NCBI GenBank assembly: GCA_963713855.1
Contig: OY970209.1
Span: 256,001 to 320,000 of the forward strand
DNA: 64,000 nucleotides
Direction of reading: 5' to 3'
Origin: an uncultured bacterium
GTDB taxonomy: Bacteria; Babelota; Babeliae; Babelales; Babelaceae
The notes under the pieces were generated by a model that saw only the letters and a program-made list of their open reading frames with translations, was not told the DNA's origin and did no database searches. Each line of letters starts with the position of its first letter. Positions within the stretch are counted from its first letter, which is position 1. The position numbers and the translations under genes are program-made. Shown one piece after another: positions 40,270 through 50,464 of this stretch.

Positions 40270-41370
40270 ATGAAGTACTTGTTAACGTGCTTACTACTTA
40301 CGATAAGCATCCATAGTCTCCATTGCATGCAAGAGGGCGAAGATAAGAAAGACCAACATAAGAGTGATTTCAATTATATTCCACCTGATGCTCCTAAGCA
40401 AAAAGGTATGTGGTTATCAAATGAAGATTTTCCAAAGGTATTAGCTGCAACACCGCGCGTATGTGTTGACGTTATTCTGTTAAGAATTAACGAAAAAACC
40501 GGCAAGCTCGAATACTTCATCGTCAAGAGAAAAAATAGGCCCGCCAAGGGTTTTTGGTGGCTTCCTGGTGGTGGAATGAATCCTTGTGAAGAGATATTCG
40601 ATGCTGCTGAAAGAAAGTGTAACGTAGAAGGTGGTTTACTGGCTGCTTCATTCCGCACTGTCAATTTTTTTAGAACGAGATTTCCAGACTCTGATCACGA
40701 CCATCCTTTAACCCGCCAAATGCTACGAACCGACTCATTTAACTTCGTTGTTATAGCGTTTTATGACCCCGAAAGCCCTCGAACCGACCTTTACGAGGAT
40801 GCCGAAGCCGTTCAATGGGTTGATTTTGACAGACTCCCATCATCTTTACCTATGCCCTCAGAACAAGAACGCCAAGGCGTCGATGTAGCATACTTAGATG
40901 AAGCCCATAGGCAGGCACACGACATCTTAGATCCGCAAAGAGAAAATATAAGCAGTTTGATAGACCAAACTTTAATAGAACGCCGACTACTTCGAGAAGC
41001 TCAAACTATAACTGCAAATCAGCCAGAACCGCATGAAGAAGATCAAGAACTTAGACAATTTTCATTTGATGAAGAGCTCACATCGCAACCTAATGCTCAA
41101 GCTCGTCAAAATGCAACTCCATCCCCGCATGCGGCAGAAGTGACGTCACCACGTGCTATAAGGCCAGCTTCACCCACTCCACCAGTTCAAGCACGCATTT
41201 CACTTCGCCAAAGCCCCGCGGGTCAAGGATCCCCGCGAGTAGTAAGTCAAAATTACTCGTCACCCACCTGGTCCTCGGGAAGAAATAGAGGCATCGATCC
41301 AGCGCTGCTATTCGATAGGCTGACTGATCAAAATGCGTCAGGGCAAAACGCGGGCGAAAAGTCAAACTAA
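40270..41370 (+). CDS. Exported Nudix hydrolase (GDP-mannose mannosyl hydrolase-like) with a disordered C-terminal tail
   Basis: Signal peptide; PRVCVDVIL...KRKNRPAKGFWWLPGGG..E.IFDAAER; Ser/Pro/Gln-rich tail. Confidence 0.8.
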   Translation: MKYLLTCLLLTISIHSLHCMQEGEDKKDQHKSDFNYIPPDAPKQKGMWLSNEDFPKVLAATPRVCVDVILLRINEKTGKLEYFIVKRKNRPAKGFWWLPGGGMNPCEEIFDAAERKCNVEGGLLAASFRTVNFFRTRFPDSDHDHPLTRQMLRTDSFNFVVIAFYDPESPRTDLYEDAEAVQWVDFDRLPSSLPMPSEQERQGVDVAYLDEAHRQAHDILDPQRENISSLIDQTLIERRLLREAQTITANQPEPHEEDQELRQFSFDEELTSQPNAQARQNATPSPHAAEVTSPRAIRPASPTPPVQARISLRQSPAGQGSPRVVSQNYSSPTWSSGRNRGIDPALLFDRLTDQNASGQNAGEKSN

Positions 41371-41375
41371 TAACG

Positions 41376-41411
41376 TAAGAGAGAGGGTGGTTAAAACCAC
41401 CCTCTCTCTTA
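41376..41411. terminator. Bidirectional terminator hairpin between the Nudix gene and lon
   Basis: TAAGAGAGAGGGTGGT-TAAA-ACCACCCTCTCTCTTA, 16-bp perfect stem. Confidence 0.8.
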
Positions 41412-41415
41412 TAAC

Positions 41416-43785
41416 TTAATGAGGATTTTTCTTTTCTAAAACAGTCGATGGAGGCATGAGTACATGGTGAATTACTTCATCAGCGTGGTTAACCCAAATA
41501 ACATCCATATCTTTTGCAAGCTCTTCTAGACCTGCAAAATCGTGAAAGTTCTTGACCGGCAAGATAACGTGATTGATGCGATTTCTTTTTGCTACAAGAA
41601 GCTTTTCTTTAAGGCCTCCGATAGCCATAACATTTCCGCGCAAATTAAGCTCTCCCGTCATTGCGTAATCGCCACTTATTGGCCGCTGAGTTAACGCGGA
41701 AAGTATTGAAGTAAGCATGGTAATACCAGCTGAAGGTCCGTCTTTTTGAACACCTCCTGCTGGAACGTGTAAGTGAATGTCATAATTTGAAAACATGCGT
41801 TGCGATATATCAAATTCTTGTGCATGGGCGCGTATATAGCTTAAGGCTGCGTGGGCAGATTCTTGCATAACGCTTCCAAGTTGTCCTGTCAGGATAAGTT
41901 TTCCGGTTCCTGGAACCACAACGGCTTCAATTTTTACAAGCTCACCCCCACACGAAGTCCATGCAAGTCCATTGGTAACACCAACATGCGATATTTTATC
42001 TGTATCATCTTCGGGAAACTTTTTAGGTCCAAGGTACTCTGAGAGCGTTCCGGGCTTAAAAACGATCATCTTGTCTTGCTCAACTAGAGCGCGTGCTGCC
42101 TTGCAGCAAAGCTTTTTAATGATACGTTCAAGCTCACGAACACCAGCCTCACGTGTATAGTAAGAGATTACCTCGTTAATAAGTTCTGGAGTAAATTCAA
42201 GCGTCTGATCTGCAAGACCTGTCTCTTCTATTGCCCGGCGAATAAGGTGGCGTTGCGCGATGGCACATTTTTCCTCAAGCGTGTAGCCAGAAAGCTGAAT
42301 AATCTCCATACGGTCTCTTAAAGGCTCTGATATTGTTTCTAAGCTATTAGCAGTAGCTATAAAAATCGCTTTTGAAAAATCAAAAGAGACTCCTAAATAG
42401 TTATCATAAAAAGTCTTATTCTGCTGAGGGTCAAGTACTTCAAGCATCGCAGCTGCAGGATCCCCCCTAAAATCGGCGCCTATTTTATCAAGCTCATCAA
42501 TGATGATAACAGGATTTAAAGAACCTGCCTTGCGAATACCTTGAACAAAACGACCAGGCATTGCACCCACATAGGTACGCCGATGGCCCCGTATTTCAGC
42601 TTCATCTTTTACACCACCAAGCGACACTCTAAAATAGGATCTTCCAAGACTTCGCGCAATCGATTTTCCAAGCGACGTTTTTCCCGTACCAGGAGGACCA
42701 ACAAAGCATAAAATAGGTGTATACCCATCCTGCTTAAGCCTACGCACAGAAATAAAGTCAAGAATCCGCTCCTTGATATCTTTAAGCCCGTAATGATCCT
42801 CATCAAGCACCATATAGGCTTTTTGAAGATCAAGGTTGTCTTCGGTTTCGGTATTCCACGGTAAAGCTAAAAACCACTCAATATAGGTACGTATGACCGA
42901 TGCCTCCATCGAATCAGGAGAAGTTTTTTCTAAACGATTAATTTGCCTTGTTATTTCAGCGCGCGCCTCATCGGCAAGAGTAAGTGCAGCCGTTTTTAAA
43001 CGCATACGCTCAATCTCGTCTAAGTCATCCTCGCCGAGCTCCTTCTTAATAGCTTTAAGCTGTTCACGTAAATAAAACTCTTTTTGAGATTTATTCATCG
43101 ATTCTCGAGCTCTGATCTTCACTCGTTCTTGCACCTCAGACACTTCTACCTCGCGTATAAGATGAGCGTGCAAGCCAGCAAGGAGGTCGCCGTACGTTTC
43201 AGCTTCAAGAAGAGTTTGTGATTGTTCAACGCTGAGTGTTAAATGGGAAAAGATAAAATCTGCGATTTTTTCTGGATCATGCATTTTAGAAAGTATGAGG
43301 TAAAAATCAGGGCTTAAAGATTGACCAGCTGCCGACATCTTTTCAGCTACGGCTTTAATGTCCTTAATACGCTGCGCAAGTATGGCACCATCTTCCGGCT
43401 TTGGTGGAAGGCGCTCTCCCTGTGCAGAAAGCATGTCCGTATCAGCAAGAATATCAAGTACCCGTGCCTTACACATGCCCTGGACGAGGATTTTTACGCC
43501 GCCTTCAGGTAATTTTATGAGCCTAATAATAGAAGCTATGGTACCAATGTCGTAGAGATCTTTTGTGCCAATAACTCCTTGTGGATTAAGCGTTTGCTTT
43601 TTTGAAGCAAGAAGAAAAACAAGCTTAGATTCGCTCTGGATGGCTTCGTTGATGCCGCGTATGATCCGCTCATCAAGTACCAACAATGGAACTATCATGT
43701 TAGGAAAAACCACTACATCCATTGTTGGTATAATCGGGAGCAGTTCTGTTACTGCCTCATGACTGTGCTTGGTAAGCGTCTTCAT
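41416..43785 (-). CDS. lon: ATP-dependent Lon protease
   Basis: LON N domain, GPPGTGKT, RGHRRTYVGAMPGR, KDGPSAG catalytic Ser and IGGLKEK Lys. Confidence 0.97.
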   Translation of the reverse strand: MKTLTKHSHEAVTELLPIIPTMDVVVFPNMIVPLLVLDERIIRGINEAIQSESKLVFLLASKKQTLNPQGVIGTKDLYDIGTIASIIRLIKLPEGGVKILVQGMCKARVLDILADTDMLSAQGERLPPKPEDGAILAQRIKDIKAVAEKMSAAGQSLSPDFYLILSKMHDPEKIADFIFSHLTLSVEQSQTLLEAETYGDLLAGLHAHLIREVEVSEVQERVKIRARESMNKSQKEFYLREQLKAIKKELGEDDLDEIERMRLKTAALTLADEARAEITRQINRLEKTSPDSMEASVIRTYIEWFLALPWNTETEDNLDLQKAYMVLDEDHYGLKDIKERILDFISVRRLKQDGYTPILCFVGPPGTGKTSLGKSIARSLGRSYFRVSLGGVKDEAEIRGHRRTYVGAMPGRFVQGIRKAGSLNPVIIIDELDKIGADFRGDPAAAMLEVLDPQQNKTFYDNYLGVSFDFSKAIFIATANSLETISEPLRDRMEIIQLSGYTLEEKCAIAQRHLIRRAIEETGLADQTLEFTPELINEVISYYTREAGVRELERIIKKLCCKAARALVEQDKMIVFKPGTLSEYLGPKKFPEDDTDKISHVGVTNGLAWTSCGGELVKIEAVVVPGTGKLILTGQLGSVMQESAHAALSYIRAHAQEFDISQRMFSNYDIHLHVPAGGVQKDGPSAGITMLTSILSALTQRPISGDYAMTGELNLRGNVMAIGGLKEKLLVAKRNRINHVILPVKNFHDFAGLEELAKDMDVIWVNHADEVIHHVLMPPSTVLEKKNPH

Positions 43786-44018
43786 TCGTCTACCCCCCTT
43801 GTGTCCCTACTACTACAGGTTGCGTCCCTATCTCCTTTATGTTCTTCCCTGAGTGTAACGGAACGAATACTACCAAAACAACACTTGGCTATTTTTTCTT
43901 GCAAAATAGAAAATGCATTATAAAAGAATTAGGTTCTATAGGCATAGCAGCTCTCATAGCTTGAGCCTAAAAAGCTTTCCAAAAACAAAAGAGCCTATTA
44001 AATTTGACAGACAGAAAT

Positions 44019-45212
44019 TTAAACTACTTTGTAGAACCGGTGCTTACCAATTTTGATATGCATCCCGACAGTAAGGTCTATGTGTGCCTTGGGGTCGGTT
44101 ACTTTTATACCATCTACGCTTACAGCTCCTTCGCTAATAAGTGTGCGCGCTTGCGAGGAAGATGGCACAGCACCGAGCTTTTTAAGAAGTTCCACAATCC
44201 AGATTCGAGGTTCTTTAGATATGTCAGCCAATACAACTGGTTGAGCAAACTCAAAATCGCGCTTTTGAAAAAGATGCTCAAAAGCTTCTTGGGCTCTGTC
44301 AGCTTCGGCAGTACCTTGCCAGTACCGAGAAATAAGAGTATGGGCGAGAGCTTTTTTAAGCTCCATGGGATGCGCTTTTCCAGATGCTACCTCTTTACGC
44401 ATACGCTCAATAGTGTAAGCTGGGGTGCTTAAAAGTATCTCGTAATATGTCCACATAAGCTCATCTGAAATTGACATAATTTTTCCGTAAGCCTCAGAAG
44501 CCGGCTCAGAAAGACTAATGGCATTACCTAGAGACTTAGACATTTTAAGAGTGCCATCAAGTCCCGGAAGTAACGGAACGGTCATGACCACTTGAGGTTC
44601 TTGGCCATATTGCTCCTGCAAAAAGCGGCCCATAAGAAGATTAAATGTCTGATCGGTTCCACCTAGTTCAACGTCAGCGTGCAATGCAATCGAATCGTAG
44701 CCTTGTAACAGGGGGTAAACGAGCTCATGAAACCCAATGGGCTGATGATCAGCTATTCTAGCCGAAAAATCTTCTCGTTCAGTGAGTCGAGCAAGCGTTA
44801 CTTTAGAACAAAGCCCAAGCCACTCCTTACCCGTAAGCCCAGAAAGCCACTCAGCATTATAACGAATGGTAATATTATTAATATCAAGTACTTTTCCGAC
44901 TTGTTCTATATACGTCCTGAAGTTGTGAGCAATTTGCTCTTCGGTAAGCGGCGGGCGCGTTTTAGATCTTCCAGTAGGATCACCGATGCGTGCAGTAAAA
45001 TCCCCGATCAGAAAAATGACCTGGTGGCCCATGTCCTGGAAAGCTTTAAGCTTTGAAAGTACAACGGTATGACCAAGATGCAAATCCTGGGATGTTGGAT
45101 CGACGCCGAGCTTAATGATAAGTTTTTTTCCGGAAAGTAGCTTTTTTCTAAGCTCTTCCTGAGGAACAACGGTTGCCGTTCCCGCTAATAAATGCTCAAG
45201 TTTTTGCTCCAT
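44019..45212 (-). CDS. tyrS: Tyrosyl-tRNA synthetase
   Basis: GVDPT..DLHLGH, ELGGTDQ.FN, KMSKS, C-terminal S4 domain. Confidence 0.97.
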   Translation of the reverse strand: MEQKLEHLLAGTATVVPQEELRKKLLSGKKLIIKLGVDPTSQDLHLGHTVVLSKLKAFQDMGHQVIFLIGDFTARIGDPTGRSKTRPPLTEEQIAHNFRTYIEQVGKVLDINNITIRYNAEWLSGLTGKEWLGLCSKVTLARLTEREDFSARIADHQPIGFHELVYPLLQGYDSIALHADVELGGTDQTFNLLMGRFLQEQYGQEPQVVMTVPLLPGLDGTLKMSKSLGNAISLSEPASEAYGKIMSISDELMWTYYEILLSTPAYTIERMRKEVASGKAHPMELKKALAHTLISRYWQGTAEADRAQEAFEHLFQKRDFEFAQPVVLADISKEPRIWIVELLKKLGAVPSSSQARTLISEGAVSVDGIKVTDPKAHIDLTVGMHIKIGKHRFYKVV

Positions 45213-45216
45213 ACTT

Positions 45217-45963
45217 TTATGCTACCCCTATAAGATGGCCTATGAACGTTATGCTGTTAAGAATAACGTAGAGAAAGAAATAGCGCAAAGGCCCACTAAA
45301 ATAATAACAACCTATAAAGATCGCAATAAAAATCGCAAACCTCTTTTCATGGGGATCTGTAAGAAATCCCCAATCAAGCTTTTCAGCAATATAAGAAATG
45401 ATACCAGATAGAATAGACATTGCAGCAATAATAAGGCTGGCGAATGTACAAGAAGTAAGAAACAATGTACCAAGAACAGCAAGGGACGTCATACTTGGGT
45501 AAAGCGATACCATCGCCGTATATGCCTGGTTACTTAATATGAAATACATAAATGATGAATGCAAAGGCGCTATGCCAAACAAGGGTACTAATACCATGAT
45601 GACAAGGGTTGCTAGTCCTATACCCATAAAGCTTGGCGCCCATTCTATCAAAAACGAACGAAAACCACCGAGTGGCTCGCCTAAACGAGCTTTGTTAAGA
45701 GGTACATTGCGTGTCCATAAAAGACCAACAAAAAGGAGTATAACAAAATCGATCAGTTGTATATGGTCGATAGGATTGTAGCTTCGCCATCCTTCACGAG
45801 TAGGCGTATCATCACCCCACATATGTGCAAGCCAAGCTTGACCAGCTTCAATCAAGGTGATACAAAAGACATACGCAGTAGTGAAAATTACTGAATTAAG
45901 AATAAGATTAACAAGTTTTAAAGTAAGCATAGAATTTAAACAACTCAAAGAAAAAATTTCCAC
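45217..45963 (-). CDS. Degenerate site-2 protease (M50) family membrane protein
   Basis: AWLAHMWGDDTP..EG..SYNPIDHI matches the M50 A..LGD.TP...GR.TLNP..H segment, but HExxH reads IEAGQ. Confidence 0.6.
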   Translation of the reverse strand: MEIFSLSCLNSMLTLKLVNLILNSVIFTTAYVFCITLIEAGQAWLAHMWGDDTPTREGWRSYNPIDHIQLIDFVILLFVGLLWTRNVPLNKARLGEPLGGFRSFLIEWAPSFMGIGLATLVIMVLVPLFGIAPLHSSFMYFILSNQAYTAMVSLYPSMTSLAVLGTLFLTSCTFASLIIAAMSILSGIISYIAEKLDWGFLTDPHEKRFAIFIAIFIGCYYFSGPLRYFFLYVILNSITFIGHLIGVA

Positions 45964-46023
45964 AAGGAATACTTTTATAGTCTATAAAAAATCTGCCATA
46001 ACGTCAAAATAATAAGGGGCTCT

Positions 46024-48261
46024 ATGAGGCTTACAGGTGTGCACAAAAGACTTTTAAAAGTAGCTGGTGTTAGCGTACTGGTCCTTTTAACGGTACTTGT
46101 TTACTATCAATCGCTTTTTTATGGATTTATTTTTGATGACTATCCTAATATTGTTAACAGTGTAGGCATTAGAAATGATACTTTTAGAAACCTGTTTTTT
46201 GCCCATTCTCGATGGATCGTTTCCTGGCTTAATGCGCTTTACTATGGCGCTGTTGGTTTTGATCCTTTCTTTTACCGAGCCGGAAACCTCATGCTTCACC
46301 TTGTAAACGGCCTTCTGCTGTTTGCTCTTTTAAGTATACTAGGCCGATCCTCTCAAAACTCTTTTATGGGCCGCTATTCTTATCCGCTTTCCCTTTTGAC
46401 CACGGGACTCTTTTTGCTCCACCCTGTGCAAACTCAAACCATTTGTTACACGATCCAGGGACAGCTTGAGGGCTCTGCGCTTCTTTGTATACTCCTCATT
46501 CTTCTTAGTTATACACTATACGCCGTATCAAGCGGCATTGTGCGCTTTTGGGCTGCCTCGATTACCCTTCTACTTGGTATTATAAGCTGTGGAACCAAAG
46601 AAATAATTATTATTACTCCATTTCTGGTGCTGTTAATTGATTGGTTTTTTCTCTCTAAAGGCGACTGGAAGGAGCTTAAAACAAGGATACTCCTTCTATT
46701 CGCTTTAACTGTTAGCATGCTTAGTTGCTTTTGTGTTCTTGTAAGGCCCTCATACTTTATAGAACTTGTAACCCTTAATACCAAGTATCTTAATAACGCG
46801 GGAAATATGCTCACGGCCCAACCTGAAACTATTATTACGCCAGCACATTTTTTCATCTCTCAGTTTAAAGTGATACTCCATTATCTGGGAATTTTTGCCT
46901 GGCCGGCCGGATTGAGCATCGATTATGGCTGGAAGCTATCTGAAAGTTTTTGGTCTGCAGATAGCTTTTTCCCATTTTGTTTTTTGTGTCTCATGTGGTC
47001 CTACTTTTTAAAAAGATGGTATAACGATAAAACTGATCTTACCGTTTTTGCATTCTTGTGGTTTTTTATAAGCATTCTGCCTCGAGCAAGCGTTATTCCT
47101 TCATCTGAGCTCGTCGTTGATTATAAAACATACCAAGCATCAATAGGGCTTTCTTTCATACTGGCATATCTCTTCCTTCAAAGCACCGAAAGACTAGCCC
47201 TTTGGTATTCTTCTAGACTTTACAGACTCCATCCTGCTGTTTGGCCGGCCTTAAGCCTCATACTATTGACCGAGAGCCTCATAGCAAAAAGAAGAACAAG
47301 AGTATGGGCTTCAAAAAAGGACTTTTGGAAGGACGCTCTTGAACATAAACAAGATAAAGCCAGACCCTATAACAATTACGCGTTTGCCCTTTTAGAAGAA
47401 AAAAAGCCCACAGAAGCGCTACCCTACCTTAAAAAGGCTCTTGAAATAGACCCACATTACTCGGATGCGTGGAATAATCTTGCTTTAGCAGAAGGTGCTT
47501 TAGGCAATGTGGATAAGGCCATAGAGTGCTTACAAAGAGCTATACACTTAAACCCGGGACATGCTGAAAGCTATAACAATCTCGCTGCTTATTATATGGG
47601 CAAAAAAGATTTTACCAGTGCTCAAAATCTTCTTAAAAAGGCGTTACTTATAAGAAAACATTACGGAACAGCGCTCTTTCAGCTAGGGCAAATAAGCTTT
47701 TTTAATGAGAAAGTTGAAGAAGCCAACGAGTACTTTAAAGAGGCTTGTACGCGTTCTGACCGTTTGACGGCTGAAGCACACTCTTGCTGGGGTATGACAA
47801 GCATGCTTCTTCATCGTTATAATGACGCTCTAAAAGCCTATGCGATGGCAGTAAAACTTAAGCCTGAGGATGAAGAACTTCAAGTGCATTTGGGGTATGC
47901 CAACCTTTATACTAAAAAATATCCGGAAGCTGAAAAAATATTTAGAGAGCTTTCCGAAAAGCACAATGACCATGTACATGCTCTATTAGGCCTTGCTGAT
48001 GTATTTATAGCTTGTCAGCAATACCAGAATGCCCTCGATATCTACAAAAAAGTTGAACAGCATGCATCTAAAGAGCCACTTATATTTTTACGCATGGCGG
48101 GCTGTTACTACAAGCTTAAAGATTTGAAGATGGCACGTGTCTATATAGATTGCGTATTAGCAGCAAATCCTTCACCTGAGCTGCAAGCAACGCTTGAAGA
48201 AATATGCGCTGCAATCGAACGAGGCGATGACCAAGCTAAGATATTAAACTGGTTTAAATAA
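46024..48261 (+). CDS. TMTC-like GT-C glycosyltransferase (protein O-mannosyltransferase-like) with TPR repeats
   Basis: FIFDD after TM1, NLMLHLVN, LFLLHPVQTQ, WP..LSIDY, multiple TMs, C-terminal TPR array. Confidence 0.8.
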   Translation: MRLTGVHKRLLKVAGVSVLVLLTVLVYYQSLFYGFIFDDYPNIVNSVGIRNDTFRNLFFAHSRWIVSWLNALYYGAVGFDPFFYRAGNLMLHLVNGLLLFALLSILGRSSQNSFMGRYSYPLSLLTTGLFLLHPVQTQTICYTIQGQLEGSALLCILLILLSYTLYAVSSGIVRFWAASITLLLGIISCGTKEIIIITPFLVLLIDWFFLSKGDWKELKTRILLLFALTVSMLSCFCVLVRPSYFIELVTLNTKYLNNAGNMLTAQPETIITPAHFFISQFKVILHYLGIFAWPAGLSIDYGWKLSESFWSADSFFPFCFLCLMWSYFLKRWYNDKTDLTVFAFLWFFISILPRASVIPSSELVVDYKTYQASIGLSFILAYLFLQSTERLALWYSSRLYRLHPAVWPALSLILLTESLIAKRRTRVWASKKDFWKDALEHKQDKARPYNNYAFALLEEKKPTEALPYLKKALEIDPHYSDAWNNLALAEGALGNVDKAIECLQRAIHLNPGHAESYNNLAAYYMGKKDFTSAQNLLKKALLIRKHYGTALFQLGQISFFNEKVEEANEYFKEACTRSDRLTAEAHSCWGMTSMLLHRYNDALKAYAMAVKLKPEDEELQVHLGYANLYTKKYPEAEKIFRELSEKHNDHVHALLGLADVFIACQQYQNALDIYKKVEQHASKEPLIFLRMAGCYYKLKDLKMARVYIDCVLAANPSPELQATLEEICAAIERGDDQAKILNWFK

Positions 48262-49095
48262 TTTTTTAGCTTTCTTACGCTTTAAAGGTCGGTCAGATGC
48301 AGTTTCAAGTCGACTAGGATTTCGATACAAAAGAAACTCATCTAACTCTTTAATAAAACAGCGTGGACTAAACTTGCGGGCAAAAAGATAGCCGTGCTTT
48401 ATTACCTTAAGTACAAGTTCCTTTTCATTAGCTAATTTAAGGTTGCTAAAGGTAAAAGGGGCTCTACCGTTAGGCCCTTTGCGATCCCAATTGACATAAG
48501 TCGTATCATAAGGAGAAACTTCATCGCGTAAAGCTCTTTTAAATGCTATAACTGTGCCGGGATAATGCTCATTATCGCAGTAGACAGGCCTCTTTTTGAG
48601 GTATTTAGCAGAAGCTACTAAAAGAGCTGCATGCTTTCTATTAAGCACAATCCACTGAGAATGTTTTTGTTGATATTTTAACTGAATACCGGGCACCATT
48701 CGACTGTGCGGGGCATCTTTAGGTGTATATATATTTAAATGAGGGTTAGGCTGTGTCTTAAAAATGCTCTTTGGTGTCGAGAATAAAACCCTGTAGACTT
48801 TCGCAAAATTTTGTAAGGGTATGGTACTTTCTGACAAGAAAACAAATTTGCCATTTTGTGGGTCCTTTAAAGCTTCTTTAAGAAGCGCTATCTGGGCTTT
48901 CATAGTATGCGACCACGAAGTTTGAACAGTTTCAGGAATGACATAAGGCTTTAAAAATGGCGATGTTACATTTTTTTTATTTTTAGCGTGCACATAGAGC
49001 GAATACTGATGTTCATACCCATTTAAAAAATCTTTCCAATGCTCTTCATGGTTTAGGTTTCCTATAGTCAAGAATAGAAAAGCGAGCTTGAGCAT
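48244..49095 (-). CDS. Core-2/I-branching (GT14, DUF266/BC10-like) glycosyltransferase
   Basis: KLAFLFLT...W..FL.G.E..YSLYVH, ALKDP.N.KFVFLSES.IPL, SQWIVLNRKHA, DNEHY, YLFARKF. Start reassigned to ATG 49095. Confidence 0.82.
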   Translation of the reverse strand: MLKLAFLFLTIGNLNHEEHWKDFLNGYEHQYSLYVHAKNKKNVTSPFLKPYVIPETVQTSWSHTMKAQIALLKEALKDPQNGKFVFLSESTIPLQNFAKVYRVLFSTPKSIFKTQPNPHLNIYTPKDAPHSRMVPGIQLKYQQKHSQWIVLNRKHAALLVASAKYLKKRPVYCDNEHYPGTVIAFKRALRDEVSPYDTTYVNWDRKGPNGRAPFTFSNLKLANEKELVLKVIKHGYLFARKFSPRCFIKELDEFLLYRNPSRLETASDRPLKRKKAKKLFKPV

Positions 49096-49187
49096 GTGTA
49101 CCTCTAACGTTATTTTACGAATGTTATTTGCTGCTGCACCCATTTGGTGTACATTTTTATAAATGCTTAAAAATGGTGCCAATTTGT

Positions 49188-50363
49188 ATGAACCCTTTTA
49201 CATGCTTTTCCTATAAACTCTCTATCATTCTGCTATTACCTCCTCTTGCATATGGTAAGGCTTTGCCCGAAGGCATTGTCCTCGAGACAATAATAAGCCC
49301 CTGTGTACTTTATTGTATAACAATCGACCCTCAAAAAAGAAGTATTATTTTAGAGACCACGACTCATGGTGACCGTGAAAATACATCATGTATCGCAATG
49401 AGAAAAAAAGCGCTCGGAGGCATCAATGCGAATAATTATAGAAGGGGAGGTGCTTTTAATGGAAACGCCGTCGATTTTCTTAAAATACATAAGCTCTACA
49501 CCGATCCTGGCATTAGAAGATCAGCTTTAGCGTGGAATAAAGGCGATGCAAGGCCGCTTATAGGACGTCTGGAAGTCGAACATACACTTACGATAGGAAA
49601 GCAGACCTTTGCCATAGACGCAGTTAATCAGCCGTGCGATGCTAATAAAGCTATACTCTATACAAGAACGTTTGGTACAGGAACGAAAGACTTACAAATA
49701 GGCCATGAGTGCGTTATAGAAAAAAATCGTGTACGAAGTGTACTCACCAATCAAGCTAATACGGTAATACCTAAAAACGGGTATATTTATTCTATAGGAA
49801 CCAACCGCGCTATCGATACCACACTGCTCAAAAAAGGCCTGATTGCATCATATAAAAGGAAAGTATTTTTAAAAAACAAGCAGGGTACTTTTGATATAAC
49901 GGATAAAGATTACATCGTAAGCGGCGCCGGCCTTCTTATACAAGATGGTATTATCGTCGACAATTTTGAAGCAGACTTTATGCATGACTCACCAATTACC
50001 CATTGCCAAGATGAGATAGCGGCGGATTTTTCGATTCCTAGAGAACGGGAGTGGCTTATAAATCAACAACATCCACGCACTGCGGTTGGTATATTGCCCG
50101 ATGGTAAATGGCTTTTTGTTATCGCCGATGGCCGGCAACCAGGTTATAGCATGGGCGTGAACTTTCAAGAATTAGCTCATTTCATGCTCAAAAAGGGGTG
50201 CATCTACGCGCTAAATATGGGAGGAGGTGGCTGTAGCACGCTTTTTTTAGAAGACGCTATCATCAATAGTCCTTGCGGCACAAAGGAGCATGGAAAAAGT
50301 ATAAGCCAAGAAGAAAAAAGAGCCCGTGAGCGGCCTGTATGCTCAGCCTTTCTTATAAGGTGA
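49188..50363 (+). CDS. Phosphodiester glycosidase (NAGPA/DUF2233) family protein
   Basis: GINAN, HPRTAVG, VIADGRQPGYSMG, ALNMGGGGCST (canonical NLDGGGST with the Asp altered). Confidence 0.8.
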   Translation: MNPFTCFSYKLSIILLLPPLAYGKALPEGIVLETIISPCVLYCITIDPQKRSIILETTTHGDRENTSCIAMRKKALGGINANNYRRGGAFNGNAVDFLKIHKLYTDPGIRRSALAWNKGDARPLIGRLEVEHTLTIGKQTFAIDAVNQPCDANKAILYTRTFGTGTKDLQIGHECVIEKNRVRSVLTNQANTVIPKNGYIYSIGTNRAIDTTLLKKGLIASYKRKVFLKNKQGTFDITDKDYIVSGAGLLIQDGIIVDNFEADFMHDSPITHCQDEIAADFSIPREREWLINQQHPRTAVGILPDGKWLFVIADGRQPGYSMGVNFQELAHFMLKKGCIYALNMGGGGCSTLFLEDAIINSPCGTKEHGKSISQEEKRARERPVCSAFLIR

Positions 50364-50390
50364 TAGAAAAATCCCGACCTTGAAAGAATC

Positions 50391-50463
50391 TTGCAGTTCC
50401 GACCAAAATGCATTAAAATGGGAAAAAGTCGAGACTATTCTCCATTTCGAGAAGGTTTGGTCG
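50391..50463 (+). promoter_or_regulatory. Sigma70 promoter overlapped by a 64-bp imperfect palindrome
   Basis: TTGCAG-N17-TAAAAT (50391-50419). Arms CGACCAAA/TTTGGTCG and AAATGGGAAAAAGTC/GACTATTCTCCATTT share the centre 50431/50432. Confidence 0.6.
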
Positions 50464-50464
50464 A

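Noticed and set aside
43786..44018. CIRCE or other heat-shock operator upstream of lon
   Set aside because: No TTAGCACTC-N9-GAGTGCTAA match seen.
44004..45056. Plus-strand ORFs inside tyrS, and similar short antisense ORFs within clpB, lon, atpD and gspD
   Set aside because: They are fully nested antisense to well-supported conserved genes and show no motifs.
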